From a virus, in IMG/VR virus record IMGVR_UViG_3300034071_001657: a stretch of 64,000 nt of DNA. One strand, given 5' to 3'. The translations under genes and the position numbers were made by a program. Below are positions 18,363 to 28,845 of this stretch, in pieces (the stretch's first letter is position 1; each line of letters opens with the position of its first letter). The notes below the pieces were generated by a model, which was given only the letters and a program-made list of their open reading frames with translations, did not search any database and was not told the DNA's origin.

Positions 18363-18435
18363 CGGATTTCCTCTTTTCTAGAAATTCTTATTTTTATACA
18401 TAAAAGTGTCCAGCCGGGAACCTCCTAGGTAGGGA

Positions 18436-19743
18436 TTACCTCGTTATTTCTTCCCAATCCATTGAAGCAAGAGCACTAACACTATTTACAGAAGCAGACA
18501 TTGCTATTGTAATAGGTTCTGGAGTGCTTGTTAACCCATTTCGCTGCAATTGAAACTTAAACAACGCTTCTTTAAGAACATCAATTGTTTGTGATGCCTG
18601 GTTAGTAATACCAATATAACCTTGAGCTAATATGGTACCACCACTAATACCTGTCGCAGATGTATCATACTCTACTGAACCATCAGCACTGCCTGGTGTC
18701 CATGATGGACTAGTTAATGTACCATTTCGAATTACTCTCCATGCAACTGAACAGGGGTTACTATTGATTCCAAGAATTGAAAGTGCTGTAAGGATAGCAA
18801 TTCCATCGAGATTCGTTGATTTTAATTGAAGTGATACTATTGGATAGTACGTTCCTGCTGTCGCCAAACTTTTAGGTGTCTGTACTGGTGTACCTATCGC
18901 TTGTTGAGCACCACGCAACTCATAGCCACCTTCAGTTACAACCGATGAACAAATTTGTTTGAGTGTGCTGCCGCCTGAAACTGCGCCCACGTTTTTGATT
19001 TCATATCGTAATGGTAATGATGCTGTTGTGATATATGTTGCATCTACATAGTTTGCATGATGAAATGAATGGCAGTGAATTAGTTGACCATTGATTACAA
19101 ATCCACATCTGACTGAACCTACACCAAGCCACTCGATGTCTGACCAGAAGATTTGCGCCTTTGTTAAATCCAATGTTAACTGTGAGGGGCCTGTACCATC
19201 TAATTTATCATAGTTCCAACTAGACTGAACTGCTGGTGTATCAACAACGGCGCCAGTTACATTAGACCTTTCAACAAAACTAATTGTGTTTCCAGATCGT
19301 TCTAAGAAAATTCCATTGTTTGCACCAAAGTATCCAACACGTTGTCTAAGATTTTCTTTTGGTGCGCCCATAACCATAGTGTTCAGAATGAGCAAGGACT
19401 TACCAGGCTGATAAGACATAACCTTTGTTGTTTCACGAACAACTTCATTGTTAGCATTGCCATTTGTTAAAGTTAGATTGATCAGACCCTCATTCGAAGA
19501 AAAGGCGACTGTTGAGTTTGCGGTGTTTGCTGTAGACCACAATCCATTGTCTTTGTATCTATGTGAAGAATCAAAGAGCGTCAATGGTGTTGACATTCTG
19601 GCTCTACCAAATGCGTCAACTGCAACACCCGTTGGATTTGCTGGACCAACACGATTGCCGTATTGGTCGGCAAGCATCACAACTTCAAAAAGTGTTTTTG
19701 CTTGATCGAGGTATTGATGCGTGTTTTTGTTAAATTGTGCCAT
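18436..19743 (-). CDS. Virion structural protein (beta-rich)
   Basis: DAFGRARMSTP motif; Thr/Ser/Gly-rich; late operon. Confidence 0.65.
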   Translation of the reverse strand: MAQFNKNTHQYLDQAKTLFEVVMLADQYGNRVGPANPTGVAVDAFGRARMSTPLTLFDSSHRYKDNGLWSTANTANSTVAFSSNEGLINLTLTNGNANNEVVRETTKVMSYQPGKSLLILNTMVMGAPKENLRQRVGYFGANNGIFLERSGNTISFVERSNVTGAVVDTPAVQSSWNYDKLDGTGPSQLTLDLTKAQIFWSDIEWLGVGSVRCGFVINGQLIHCHSFHHANYVDATYITTASLPLRYEIKNVGAVSGGSTLKQICSSVVTEGGYELRGAQQAIGTPVQTPKSLATAGTYYPIVSLQLKSTNLDGIAILTALSILGINSNPCSVAWRVIRNGTLTSPSWTPGSADGSVEYDTSATGISGGTILAQGYIGITNQASQTIDVLKEALFKFQLQRNGLTSTPEPITIAMSASVNSVSALASMDWEEITR

Positions 19744-20970
19744 TTATCTTTGCCATCCTTTAATAACGTCTGGTGAAAAATTTGCGTAACTGAATTGCAT
19801 TCTGTCAACTAATTTAACTGCCCTTCCCGATAAATGATCAATGGCAACATATCCTTCTACGCCGGTTACTTCATAGCCTCGATTAGTCTTCAAGAAAGTA
19901 TTTAGGCTTTGCACTTCATCCAGTTTCTTAACAAGAATTAGTTTAGCTTCAGACAGTAAACTCATAATCTTAAAAATATTTTGCAATTGAAGTTTATTGC
20001 CTTTGAAAAATTTCATAGCTTCGGTCTTTTTTGCTGTCCAATCTTTCTTTGCTGCCGGCGTTTTCTTCTTTGATATTTCTGCATCGTAATAATCTTCAAA
20101 GTGTTTGATTAATTCGTTTGTGTGCTTTCTTGCATCTGTGATTTTTACTTTACTTTTAACTTTTGCATTGTTGAAAGCTTTGATACGAACTTTCATATCG
20201 TCATTGTCTCGAATGTGATTCATTACATTTGCATCTGTTTTATAGAAAATTTTTCCTACCTCAGACAAAATGCGTGTGATTTGTTCAGTCTCTTCTCTTG
20301 TTAGCGTGGCTTTACCTGAAACGTCTTTATAATCCACATCAGTGGACCAAACTTTATCAGTTTTCAATAATTTCGTGAGAATATTTCTACCAAATACGGC
20401 TTTCATGTCCTCAAATGACTTGCCTTCATATTGTGTATGCCAAACAACGCCAATTTTTGCTCTTTTTATCTTTTCTGCCAAGTCACTATTGGCTGGAACT
20501 GCATACACAATCGTGTTTGGATGAAATGTGACGTATTCTTCACCATCTATCGTAACAGTTTTTAAGTCTGCTTGAGTAAAAAGCAGGTCTCCTTGAATGA
20601 CGCCATCGATGCCCAGTGCTGGAAGTTCAGCCAGACAAGCTTTAAGTTTGACTGCAAGGTCTCCAGAAGTGTCTGCATCGATTTCCGCATCTGTTTTGTA
20701 GACTTTAGGATTTTTATTGAACACACCTTTCTTCGCAACAAAGAATCTTTTGTCGCTTGGGTCTGTTCCAGCAAAAATAGCAGGAGCACCATCCCATTTA
20801 ACTGTAATGCTGACCTTTTTGTCAGAATTTCCAGCCAACATATCACGCACTGCCCTTAGTGCATTGATGCTGTTTCGTGTGCCTTCGACTCCGCCATTGA
20901 GAACATCATCCTCTGCATGTTCCATGTGCGTGTTTTTTTGCTCTGATATGAATTCTTTAAATTTTATCAT
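19744..20970 (-). CDS. Conserved T4-like protein with ligase-like KWDG motif and capsid-targeting-like N-terminus (DUF6267-like)
   Basis: MIKFKEFISE start at 20970; THMEHAED, VKWDGAPAIF, QGDLLF, EGYV, VKLVDR. Confidence 0.7.
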   Translation of the reverse strand: MIKFKEFISEQKNTHMEHAEDDVLNGGVEGTRNSINALRAVRDMLAGNSDKKVSITVKWDGAPAIFAGTDPSDKRFFVAKKGVFNKNPKVYKTDAEIDADTSGDLAVKLKACLAELPALGIDGVIQGDLLFTQADLKTVTIDGEEYVTFHPNTIVYAVPANSDLAEKIKRAKIGVVWHTQYEGKSFEDMKAVFGRNILTKLLKTDKVWSTDVDYKDVSGKATLTREETEQITRILSEVGKIFYKTDANVMNHIRDNDDMKVRIKAFNNAKVKSKVKITDARKHTNELIKHFEDYYDAEISKKKTPAAKKDWTAKKTEAMKFFKGNKLQLQNIFKIMSLLSEAKLILVKKLDEVQSLNTFLKTNRGYEVTGVEGYVAIDHLSGRAVKLVDRMQFSYANFSPDVIKGWQR

Positions 20971-20979
20971 CTTTGAAAT

Positions 20980-21003
20980 AAAAAAGCCTGTCATGTGACA
21001 GGC
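20980..21003 (-). terminator. Rho-independent terminator
   Basis: GCCTGTCA/TGACAGGC inverted repeat followed by TTTTTT on the minus strand. Confidence 0.75.
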
Positions 21004-21004
21004 C

Positions 21005-21012
21005 TATTTATA
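21005..21012 (-). promoter_or_regulatory. T4-type late promoter abutting the terminator
   Basis: TATAAATA. Confidence 0.7.
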
Positions 21013-21030
21013 ATACTTGAGTGCTTGAAC

Positions 21031-21411
21031 TTAGAGAACTTCGTTCTTGCGGCCCAAACCAGCCGGATTGATGCCTGGCGTCACATAGACTAGATTGCCT
21101 TTGTGCATTGGAGCCACACACTCGGACACTTTTTGTACAATATCTCGATCTTCTTTCGACATTTTGTGAAAGTTTTTCATGATTCCTGTGTTGGTACAGG
21201 CGCCGAGAACCGTGTCCTGCTTGCTAGGGATGCTGGGTGTTTCTCGTCGATATGGTTTTGTCTGAGACATAGACGGACTTTTCTTGATGGTCGTTGGTTT
21301 GCCAGACAAGCTTTTCGGCAGAGATTGCAACCATTGATTGTAAGCCTCTGCTTCTTTCTTGGTCGGCGATTTACGCTTTTTATCAGGTCGAGTTTGGCAA
21401 TAGATTAGCAC
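21031..21411 (-). CDS. Basic hypothetical protein
   Basis: GTG start with AGGAG SD; C-terminal VAPMHKGNL. Confidence 0.65.
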   Translation of the reverse strand: MLIYCQTRPDKKRKSPTKKEAEAYNQWLQSLPKSLSGKPTTIKKSPSMSQTKPYRRETPSIPSKQDTVLGACTNTGIMKNFHKMSKEDRDIVQKVSECVAPMHKGNLVYVTPGINPAGLGRKNEVL

Positions 21412-21431
21412 TATGATCTCCTATCTTTACT

Positions 21432-21460
21432 ATGATAGCACAGTTTGTTTGCCTTGTCAA
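21432..21460 (-). promoter_or_regulatory. Sigma70-type early promoter
   Basis: TTGACA-17 nt-TATCAT with TG extension. Confidence 0.7.
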
Positions 21461-22866
21461 GCGACTTTAAAGCCGTCAAAATTCCTTTCTTTTCTCATAC
21501 GATTGCCGAAATTGCTCTTATCGAAAGCCGGAGAATCGTTCTGGCTCTGCCCACTGTCTGAGATATGATTCTGTGCAGACTGTTCGACATCATATAGTTT
21601 CATCTTCGCCCTGTCAACACCAATCACGAATCGTTTGTTTGTGTCTGGATTGCTATATCGATTCTTCAATTGCTTTACCATGATCTGATTGAGTTCGGCC
21701 AATTCTTCTGTAGAGATAAGTGCAAACATGAAGTCTGCTGTTGCTGGAAGACCAAATGATTCGCTAGTGTCAGTCAATTCAACGTCAGAGTTAGAATAGC
21801 CAGACCTTGTTGTTTGTGTTGCTGATACGATGGGCAAGCCAAACTCTACAGCAAGACCTCGCAATTCTTCTGCAATTGCTTTGATGTAACTGTATGAGTT
21901 TACGTTAGAGCCTTGTTTGATTCTAGACGATGAGCAAATATTCAGATAGTCGATATAGATAATGTCAGGCATGAATTGTTTTTTGAGTTTCAATTCGTTC
22001 AACAAATGCCTGAAGTGAGACACGTTAGCTGATGCCGTTGGATATTCTTTGATGATAAGCTTACCCAAAGTTTTTTCTTTAAGCTTCTCAATCTTTTTAA
22101 TGTAAACATCTTTTGGTATGCTGATGAGTCTATCTAAATCAATATTCAATAGATTTGCGTCAATTCTTTCTGCAATTCGTTCTTCGGCCATCTCAAGTGT
22201 AATGTATAACACATTCTTGCCTAGAGTCAGATTTGCTGCTGCACAATGACACATGAACAAAGATTTACCGACGCCAGTGCCTGCAAGAATGATATTCAAA
22301 GTTTTATCTGGTATGCCATTCTTTGTGATGCGATTGAAATAATCTAGATCAAAAGGTGTTCTTCTTTCAAGCTTGTGATAAAATTCGTATCGACGTTCAG
22401 CATCATCAATGAAATCATGACCAATGTGATTGTCAAAAGAAACCGCAAGTGCATCGGATAGAATGTTAGGTATCGATCCTTTATCTTTTTTGCTTTCTTT
22501 TGTGTGGTCGAGAATCTGAATGCTTTCCATAATCGCATTGTAGATTGCTTTCTCTTGACAAAACTTTTCAGTTTCATCGATGAGCCAATCTCGATCATTG
22601 GCTTCGCATTCAGAATTTATCTCGCCAATAAGAGAAACAGTTTTTTTGTATTGCTCTTCTTTTAGATCATTACGATTTGAAATCTCAATTTGAATCGCGT
22701 CTGCGGTTGGTGTGCCATTGTATTTGAGAATAAATTTCTTGCATTCTTCAAATACAATTCTTTCGTTGACATCTTGAAAATACTCAGACTTTAGAAATGG
22801 TATCGTTCGGCGAACGTACTCATCATCCTTGATCAACCTCTGAAGTATTTTCTTTTCTAGATTCAT
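21457..22866 (-). CDS. gp41: Replicative DNA helicase (T4 gp41-like)
   Basis: LAGTGVGKS Walker A, IYIDYLNI, SESFGLPATAD, KQLKNRY. Confidence 0.97.
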   Translation of the reverse strand: MNLEKKILQRLIKDDEYVRRTIPFLKSEYFQDVNERIVFEECKKFILKYNGTPTADAIQIEISNRNDLKEEQYKKTVSLIGEINSECEANDRDWLIDETEKFCQEKAIYNAIMESIQILDHTKESKKDKGSIPNILSDALAVSFDNHIGHDFIDDAERRYEFYHKLERRTPFDLDYFNRITKNGIPDKTLNIILAGTGVGKSLFMCHCAAANLTLGKNVLYITLEMAEERIAERIDANLLNIDLDRLISIPKDVYIKKIEKLKEKTLGKLIIKEYPTASANVSHFRHLLNELKLKKQFMPDIIYIDYLNICSSSRIKQGSNVNSYSYIKAIAEELRGLAVEFGLPIVSATQTTRSGYSNSDVELTDTSESFGLPATADFMFALISTEELAELNQIMVKQLKNRYSNPDTNKRFVIGVDRAKMKLYDVEQSAQNHISDSGQSQNDSPAFDKSNFGNRMRKERNFDGFKVA

Positions 22867-23164
22867 TGTAATTCCTTTCCATTTCAGCACCGAGAACAGT
22901 CTCTAAAAGAGAGTTCATAATTTTCTCAATGACAATTTCAAATTCTTTCTTTAAAAACTCATCTTCTAGGAGTTTAGAATTTTCAATTATAGCATAATCA
23001 AATGAAATTGTCGCGCGTTCACTCTCTTCATTGACGGAAATAGAACCAAAATTAAATTTGGTTCCTTTAAACTCTCCAGTCAAAATCTCTATGCATGCCA
23101 CATCATTTTCGTTTTTATAAGTTCCAAAATCGTCTGTGATTTTGAAATCTTTATTGTAAATCAT
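22823..23164 (-). CDS. Hypothetical protein at the T4 gp40 position
   Basis: Synteny uvsX-x-gp41; acidic; probable start MIYNK at 23164. Confidence 0.5.
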   Translation of the reverse strand: MIYNKDFKITDDFGTYKNENDVACIEILTGEFKGTKFNFGSISVNEESERATISFDYAIIENSKLLEDEFLKKEFEIVIEKIMNSLLETVLGAEMERNYNESRKENTSEVDQG

Positions 23165-24212
23165 TTTCAACCTCTTCATCTTCAATTGGTTCTTGATCTT
23201 GCCCATACAAGAATTCTTTACGGCAAGCTTCATCGATTCTGTCTAGAAGTTCTTTCGTAAAATACTTCTCAGGCTCTTCGTTGATATTCTTGCCAAAGAT
23301 TTTTGTGCCATCTGGCAATTCATATCGAGTCGAAACTTTCTTGATGATTTCGTATTTCTCTGCAATGTCAAGCAAACCGTAATAGCGATCTAGACCTTTG
23401 CTGTATGTGATTCGAATCTCAACATTAGAGTTTTCTTTTGTGAATCGAGACTTAATGAGTTTTGCTTTGACGATGTTGCCAACTACATCAGTGCCGTCTT
23501 TGTCTTTCTTCTTGGTCAGAAAAACAATCGTTGATGCGGTGTACTTAAGACCAGAGCCACCACTCATTTCTTTTGTGGGAATGTATGCACCAACTACATC
23601 GTAAACGTGATTAGTCACAATCAAAGGCACGCCAATCTTTGCAAGCTTCAAATTCAAAACTCGAAACGTTGCTTTGAGAATTGACGCCTTAGTCATGTCT
23701 TTCGTTTCTTTACCTTCGATGGTGTCTTCCATCTCTTTTGTTGAAGAGAGTTGACCGAGAGAGTCTAGAACCATCATCATAGGTTGGCGCTTGCCCTCTG
23801 ATTGAGTAGAATACTTATCAATGATTTGAAGTGCAGTATGCCTAAATTTCTGAATTGTATCTGGCTCAGAGATAACGATACGTTTGGTATCAATGCCTCG
23901 TTGTTCCATCATGTATTTTGTGACGGCTGCTTCAGTGTCAAAGTAAATCACGCCACCTGTGGGATTCGCATCAAGGAATTGCTTTACAATTCCTAAGACG
24001 AAGAACGTTTTTCCTGTTGCGCTTTCTCCTGCGAATGCGGTGACCTTGTTGTTCGGTACCCCTCCATAAATGCTTCCACTAAGGAGAGCATTGAGCGCGT
24101 AAGACCCCGTATCAATACACCCCGTGAATTCTGCTGAGGCTCCACCTTCTGAAAGAATTTTTGTGTCTTCATCTTTCAATTGCTCCACCAATGATGAGAA
24201 AAAATTGCTCAT
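23151..24212 (-). CDS. uvsX: RecA-like recombinase UvsX
   Basis: [28 protein letters not shown]. Confidence 0.96.
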   Translation of the reverse strand: MSNFFSSLVEQLKDEDTKILSEGGASAEFTGCIDTGSYALNALLSGSIYGGVPNNKVTAFAGESATGKTFFVLGIVKQFLDANPTGGVIYFDTEAAVTKYMMEQRGIDTKRIVISEPDTIQKFRHTALQIIDKYSTQSEGKRQPMMMVLDSLGQLSSTKEMEDTIEGKETKDMTKASILKATFRVLNLKLAKIGVPLIVTNHVYDVVGAYIPTKEMSGGSGLKYTASTIVFLTKKKDKDGTDVVGNIVKAKLIKSRFTKENSNVEIRITYSKGLDRYYGLLDIAEKYEIIKKVSTRYELPDGTKIFGKNINEEPEKYFTKELLDRIDEACRKEFLYGQDQEPIEDEEVENDLQ

Positions 24213-24221
24213 ATCAAACTC

Positions 24222-25082
24222 CTATTCAACGCGACTGATTTTTGTCGCCTTTTCGATTTCATCTTTGTTCATTGCAATCGGCCCCATGGCAGTCATGTTG
24301 ATTGGTATATCAATCTTCACTTCTGGTTGCTTTCTCAATTTACTTATGTTGTAATTTGTTGCAATGACCATGAGAACGGCTAAAGGATCAAATACTAACA
24401 CCAATAGTATTATAACAAATCTGACAGCAGAATCCAAGTGATCTTTGGCTTGTTCGCCATAAATCAGTTCGGCAATGTATTTTAACGGGCCGACCTCGGC
24501 TTCCACTTTGCGTATTTCTGTGCGAAGAGGGGATGATTCTTCACGAAGAGCAGCAATAATTTTTTGGTTGGCTTCAATCTCTTTGGCCAGAGTATTCCTG
24601 TCACGCTGTTGAGCATTACGAATAGCCATGCTCCGCGCGGCCCCTTGCTCTGTTGTGCTCCGTGCCAAGACTTGTTCAACTGCTTCATCCAACTGTTTAA
24701 GTTGCCTGCGGAAACTATTAATGTTTTCCTCGGCCACTTTGATCTTGTCATCATAAATTGCCACCTTTGCTATAAGTTCTGAAGTTCCAGAAGTTTGATC
24801 GATGTGTGCTTTTGATAGATATCCAAAAATGCCTAACGATGTAATCAACATCAATATTACAACCGCTACCGTAAAATAATACTTCAATGCAATTGGAGAA
24901 TCTTTCCAATTTCTATAGAGCCAACTTGCTGTGACTAGCTTTGCAATTTCTAACGATGCACCCATCACCGCAACTGGTATTGGTGCTCCTGCGAATATTG
25001 CAATCAAACCTACAATCGAATAATATGCCGCTATGCCAGATAATGTAAATGCTGTAAATAAAAGTATAGCAATAAAAAACAT
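24222..25082 (-). CDS. Membrane protein with periplasmic coiled coil
   Basis: Three N-terminal TM helices, coiled coil, C-terminal TM VFDPLAV. Confidence 0.7.
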   Translation of the reverse strand: MFFIAILLFTAFTLSGIAAYYSIVGLIAIFAGAPIPVAVMGASLEIAKLVTASWLYRNWKDSPIALKYYFTVAVVILMLITSLGIFGYLSKAHIDQTSGTSELIAKVAIYDDKIKVAEENINSFRRQLKQLDEAVEQVLARSTTEQGAARSMAIRNAQQRDRNTLAKEIEANQKIIAALREESSPLRTEIRKVEAEVGPLKYIAELIYGEQAKDHLDSAVRFVIILLVLVFDPLAVLMVIATNYNISKLRKQPEVKIDIPINMTAMGPIAMNKDEIEKATKISRVE

Positions 25083-25492
25083 TACTCGGAAGTACCTCTT
25101 GTGAGAATGAGAATTTTATCGATCTGTTCTTGAATCTTGTCTTTACGATTTGGCCAGTAGATATATTCCTTATCAGGATTCTTCATTAGATTTACCAGCA
25201 AAGGAATAATCATTTTCTCTAACTCAAGAAGTTTTTCTGATGTTTCTTTTTGTAATTGTTGACGTTCGACATCAAGACCAAGCTTGCCTTGATTATATAG
25301 CTCAAAGATTCGATCTAGCTTATCATTGATGCCATTGAGCATTTCATTGGATGTTGAAACAGTCTCACGAATAATTTTCGTTTCTAATGTGTTCTCATCA
25401 ACAGTCTGTGTGACCTCGTTTTCATCAACTGCACTGAATCCGAAATCTTCTTGCGACCGTAACACCAAATATTCTGAAGGTATTTTATTCAT
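25082..25492 (-). CDS. Conserved hypothetical protein
   Basis: DFGFSAV...PLLVNLMKNPDKEYIYWPNR; coupled to gp43. Confidence 0.7.
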   Translation of the reverse strand: MNKIPSEYLVLRSQEDFGFSAVDENEVTQTVDENTLETKIIRETVSTSNEMLNGINDKLDRIFELYNQGKLGLDVERQQLQKETSEKLLELEKMIIPLLVNLMKNPDKEYIYWPNRKDKIQEQIDKILILTRGTSE

Positions 25493-27990
25493 TTGAAAAA
25501 TCCTAGCAGTGAAGAGGTTGGTTCAATCGACCAACCAAATGTCGATACAATGCCTTTCAATGGTTCCAAATAAGTCTTTTCGAATTGTGTTTCGTAGTCA
25601 ATATATTTTTCCATATCAAACTCTTTTGGCAACACGGTAAGAACAGACAACACATTCTCATGAACTGGGTTTGGAACTTTCATGTAACAAAACTTAATTT
25701 TGTCACCATCATTGATTTGTTGATACTTCTTAGTTAGCTTGTGCTTCTCAAGCAATGCATTGTAAATGATAGAGCCACGAACATGAATTGGTGTGCCCTT
25801 TGCGTAAAAAGTATTCTTGCCTTTCTCAGTGTATTTAGTAATGTCACTGACACCTCGAGGAAACGCAACGTCTTCGAATGGCAACGTTTTGAATTCTTTT
25901 TTGAAGTCAGCGACAAAGGTTTGAAATTCTTTTTCGTTGCCTTTCATAATAATTTTTAGCGCATCTTTAATCTTGTCTCGGCACATCATAGGCGTAGAAG
26001 ACTTGACCGCTTCAATGCCCATCATCTTAAGCTTAGGCTCAGTGTATCGAACGCCTTCATTGTCCCAGACGTTTAGAATGTAATGCTTCTTTGCGGTCCA
26101 GATGCCAGTGTCGGCAATCGTTTCTCGCTTCATGAACATCTTCTGATCGTAGGCATTCATATAGTCTGCCAATTGCTGATACGATTTGTCAATGAACGGT
26201 TGCAACTTATCTTCACACACTTTGTCTAGAAAGATTACAATCTTTTCTTTTGGTGTGTCTTTGTTGTATAGCTTTTGCACCAACGGTCCGAGATTCAGAT
26301 AGATTGAATCGGTATCAGATGCAATTACATAATCGACATCATCGGTACTCAGTATCTTGTTCAAATACTGATTCATTTTCTTTTCGATCCAACGAATAGA
26401 AAGTTGACCCGAGAGTGTGATTGCTTCTGCTTGTCGAATGTCAAAGAAACGAAAGTATTCGTTGCCTAGCGCACCATATGCTGAGTTCAGTTGAACTTTC
26501 TTAGCTAACTGAAGATTCTTATACTTTGAAATTTGATTTTCAATTTCAAACTTTTCTTTTTTCGTTGTGGCTGTTTCTTTTTTCTTTTGCCATTCGATCA
26601 TTAGTTTTTTGTACTTTGATCGATCTTCATACATTCGCTCCATCATCTCAGGCAGAAAGCCTTGAACATCTTTGCGAAAGAAGTGTCCATTCGCTGCCAT
26701 GCAATATTCGCCGTCAGGCTCATATTCATTGTTCAGCAAATTATCAACTGATACTGATTGATACTTGCCATCAACGATTGTGTCTGGTGACACATTGTAT
26801 TGCATAATGAGGTGCGGATAAAGAGAATTCAAATCGAATGATACAACCCAATCATACATTCCGACCTTTGGTTCTTTGACATAAGCACCAGCATACTGAG
26901 CATTCTTAGATGAAACTTTTTTCTGCGGTACAACGATGCCTTTCTTTATCAGATGATTGTGTGTTAGTGTGTCCCACATTCTCACTTGTGTAAAGACATC
27001 GGTGAGATTCACTTTCGCATCATATGCAAGGGCTAACACCATGTCAAGAAACTTCATCTTGTCATCGATACGACCAACCAGTTCAACGTCTTTGATGTTA
27101 TACTCAATAAACTTTTGAAAGTTCAATCGATATAACTGATGAAGATTTTCAAACTCGCTGTAATCAAGTTTCTTTTCGCCAAGTTCTACAAATGCAATGT
27201 GATTCAGACTAAAGCTTTCTTGCTGAGAGTAAGTAAACTTTTTGTATAGCTCAATGTAATCAAGAATAGCAATGCCGACAAGATCAAACGCAGTTTGTTG
27301 TCTGTTATGAATTGTTGTTGTTCGTTCACCAATCATCTTCCAAGGCGACAATCTCTTGGCAGTGTTCTCACCCATCAATCGATTGATTCGATTATACAGA
27401 TACGGAATATCAAAGAACTGAATGTTCCAGCCAGTCACAATGTCTGGTGATTCAATCTCCCAAGTCTCAAGAAATTTCATGATGAGACTATTCTCATCGC
27501 GGCATTTGAAGTAGACTACATCGTCACGATGATTTGTGAAGTCTCCGCAGCCGAACACCATGAACTTGTTTTGAATCTTGAATGTGATTGCAGTGATTGG
27601 TTCACTCGCCACTGATGGCTCTGGAAAGCCATTCTCTGATCCGACCTCAATGTCTAGATTGGCAATTCGAATGTATGAGGTGTCGTATGGAACTTCATTC
27701 GGATACTGTTCATTGATATAGACATAAGCGAAGTTTGTCGATCCATATATCTCGAAATTCTCTACGCCCTCATACTTTCGAATAAAATCGCTGGCATCTC
27801 GCATCGTTCCGAGTTCAATGGGCGAAACTGATTTGCCAAAGAGAGTCTTGTATTCAGACTCTTTGCCTGGCTTTGATGGCACGAACAGAATTGGATTATA
27901 TTCTTTTCTGATTTGAAAACGTTTACCGTTCTCATACCCACGCTCAAGAATATAATTTCCTGCTCGACTGAAGTGAGTGTAAAATTTCAT
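25489..27990 (-). CDS. gp43: Family B DNA polymerase (T4 gp43-like)
   Basis: DIEV exonuclease motif, SFDLNSLYP, KVQLNSAYG, ASDTDS; C-terminal SLLGFF clamp-binding motif. Confidence 0.98.
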   Translation of the reverse strand: MKFYTHFSRAGNYILERGYENGKRFQIRKEYNPILFVPSKPGKESEYKTLFGKSVSPIELGTMRDASDFIRKYEGVENFEIYGSTNFAYVYINEQYPNEVPYDTSYIRIANLDIEVGSENGFPEPSVASEPITAITFKIQNKFMVFGCGDFTNHRDDVVYFKCRDENSLIMKFLETWEIESPDIVTGWNIQFFDIPYLYNRINRLMGENTAKRLSPWKMIGERTTTIHNRQQTAFDLVGIAILDYIELYKKFTYSQQESFSLNHIAFVELGEKKLDYSEFENLHQLYRLNFQKFIEYNIKDVELVGRIDDKMKFLDMVLALAYDAKVNLTDVFTQVRMWDTLTHNHLIKKGIVVPQKKVSSKNAQYAGAYVKEPKVGMYDWVVSFDLNSLYPHLIMQYNVSPDTIVDGKYQSVSVDNLLNNEYEPDGEYCMAANGHFFRKDVQGFLPEMMERMYEDRSKYKKLMIEWQKKKETATTKKEKFEIENQISKYKNLQLAKKVQLNSAYGALGNEYFRFFDIRQAEAITLSGQLSIRWIEKKMNQYLNKILSTDDVDYVIASDTDSIYLNLGPLVQKLYNKDTPKEKIVIFLDKVCEDKLQPFIDKSYQQLADYMNAYDQKMFMKRETIADTGIWTAKKHYILNVWDNEGVRYTEPKLKMMGIEAVKSSTPMMCRDKIKDALKIIMKGNEKEFQTFVADFKKEFKTLPFEDVAFPRGVSDITKYTEKGKNTFYAKGTPIHVRGSIIYNALLEKHKLTKKYQQINDGDKIKFCYMKVPNPVHENVLSVLTVLPKEFDMEKYIDYETQFEKTYLEPLKGIVSTFGWSIEPTSSLLGFFK

Positions 27991-28289
27991 TAGACAATGA
28001 GATTATTTTTTGCTACGACAATTCCTGCACCGAAGATTTCATTGTACTTGTTTTGAATGTTGATGTCAACACCAGCGATATAGATGATAAAGTCTCGACT
28101 GATTTTGACTGATTTGTCTTCCGAGAACATAAGCATTGGTTGCATGTTCAATCCTGGCTTGCCATTGGCTGCCATGGCAAGACCTAGAAGACAAGGATTT
28201 TCAATGTGAATATTGTTTTGATCTTGGTCTTTGATAACGCCAACAAAATCTTCACCTGTGATCAATTTGAACAATCTAACGTCGCTCAT
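27990..28289 (-). CDS. Conserved small T4-like protein (Sm-like fold suspected)
   Basis: KLITGEDFVG N-terminus; usual position before gp43. Confidence 0.65.
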   Translation of the reverse strand: MSDVRLFKLITGEDFVGVIKDQDQNNIHIENPCLLGLAMAANGKPGLNMQPMLMFSEDKSVKISRDFIIYIAGVDINIQNKYNEIFGAGIVVAKNNLIV

Positions 28290-28302
28290 AATAACTCCAT
28301 GA

Positions 28303-28327
28303 AATTAGAAGGGGGCTTGCGCCCCCT
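28303..28327 (-). terminator. Hairpin terminator after hsp20
   Basis: AGGGGGC-GCAA-GCCCCCT followed by a T-rich tract. Confidence 0.65.
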
Positions 28328-28331
28328 ATTT

Positions 28332-28823
28332 TTATTCTGCTAGAAGTTGTTTCTCTTTAGCAGGTTTGCTTGCAGTAGTTTCCTTGACTGCAATTTTCTT
28401 TGGCTTTTTATGTTCTGGAATGAACATGTCAAGCCAGATGCGAAGCATGCCGTTAATCATCTCGGCATCTTTAACTTCCAAGTTGTCGTTCAGTAAGAAC
28501 GTTCTTGTGAAGTTACGATTTGCAATGCCTTTGTAAATCCAATGATCAACTTCTGCGTCATCTTTTGATGTTCCCTTGACAACTAGTTTGCCGTCAACAA
28601 GTTCGATTTCAATTTCAGACTTGCTAAATCCAGCAACAGCAAGTTCGATAATGTATCGATCTTCAGCAACTTTTTTAATGTTATATGGGGGATAGTTTGG
28701 AATACCTTTGGTCAAATCGTCGTGCATTTTTGCTAGACGGTTGTATTGATCATCGAAACCGACATAGAGTTTATCGAAATCTTTGAACAAGTCGCGGCCA
28801 AATACATCTTTGAGATATGTCAT
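28332..28823 (-). CDS. hsp20: Small heat-shock protein (IbpA/Hsp20 family)
   Basis: NYPPYNI, IELAVAGF, YKGIANRNF, NGML. Confidence 0.95.
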   Translation of the reverse strand: MTYLKDVFGRDLFKDFDKLYVGFDDQYNRLAKMHDDLTKGIPNYPPYNIKKVAEDRYIIELAVAGFSKSEIEIELVDGKLVVKGTSKDDAEVDHWIYKGIANRNFTRTFLLNDNLEVKDAEMINGMLRIWLDMFIPEHKKPKKIAVKETTASKPAKEKQLLAE

Positions 28824-28828
28824 TTTAG

Positions 28829-28845
28829 TCTCCTTTTAAGCAAGA
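28829..28845 (-). promoter_or_regulatory. ROSE-like RNA thermometer hairpin over the hsp20 SD
   Basis: UCUUGCU-UAAA-AGGAGA: the U(U/C)GCU motif pairs with the SD. Confidence 0.6.

Noticed and set aside
18363-18435. GC-rich intergenic patch (CCCTACCTAGGAGGTTCCCGGCTGGACAC on the minus strand)
   Set aside because: Only weak pairing; cannot be assigned as a terminator, RNA motif or mobile-element end.
25489-27990. Intein or intron in gp43, nrdA or gp41
   Set aside because: The ORFs are continuous, of normal length and lack splicing motifs.
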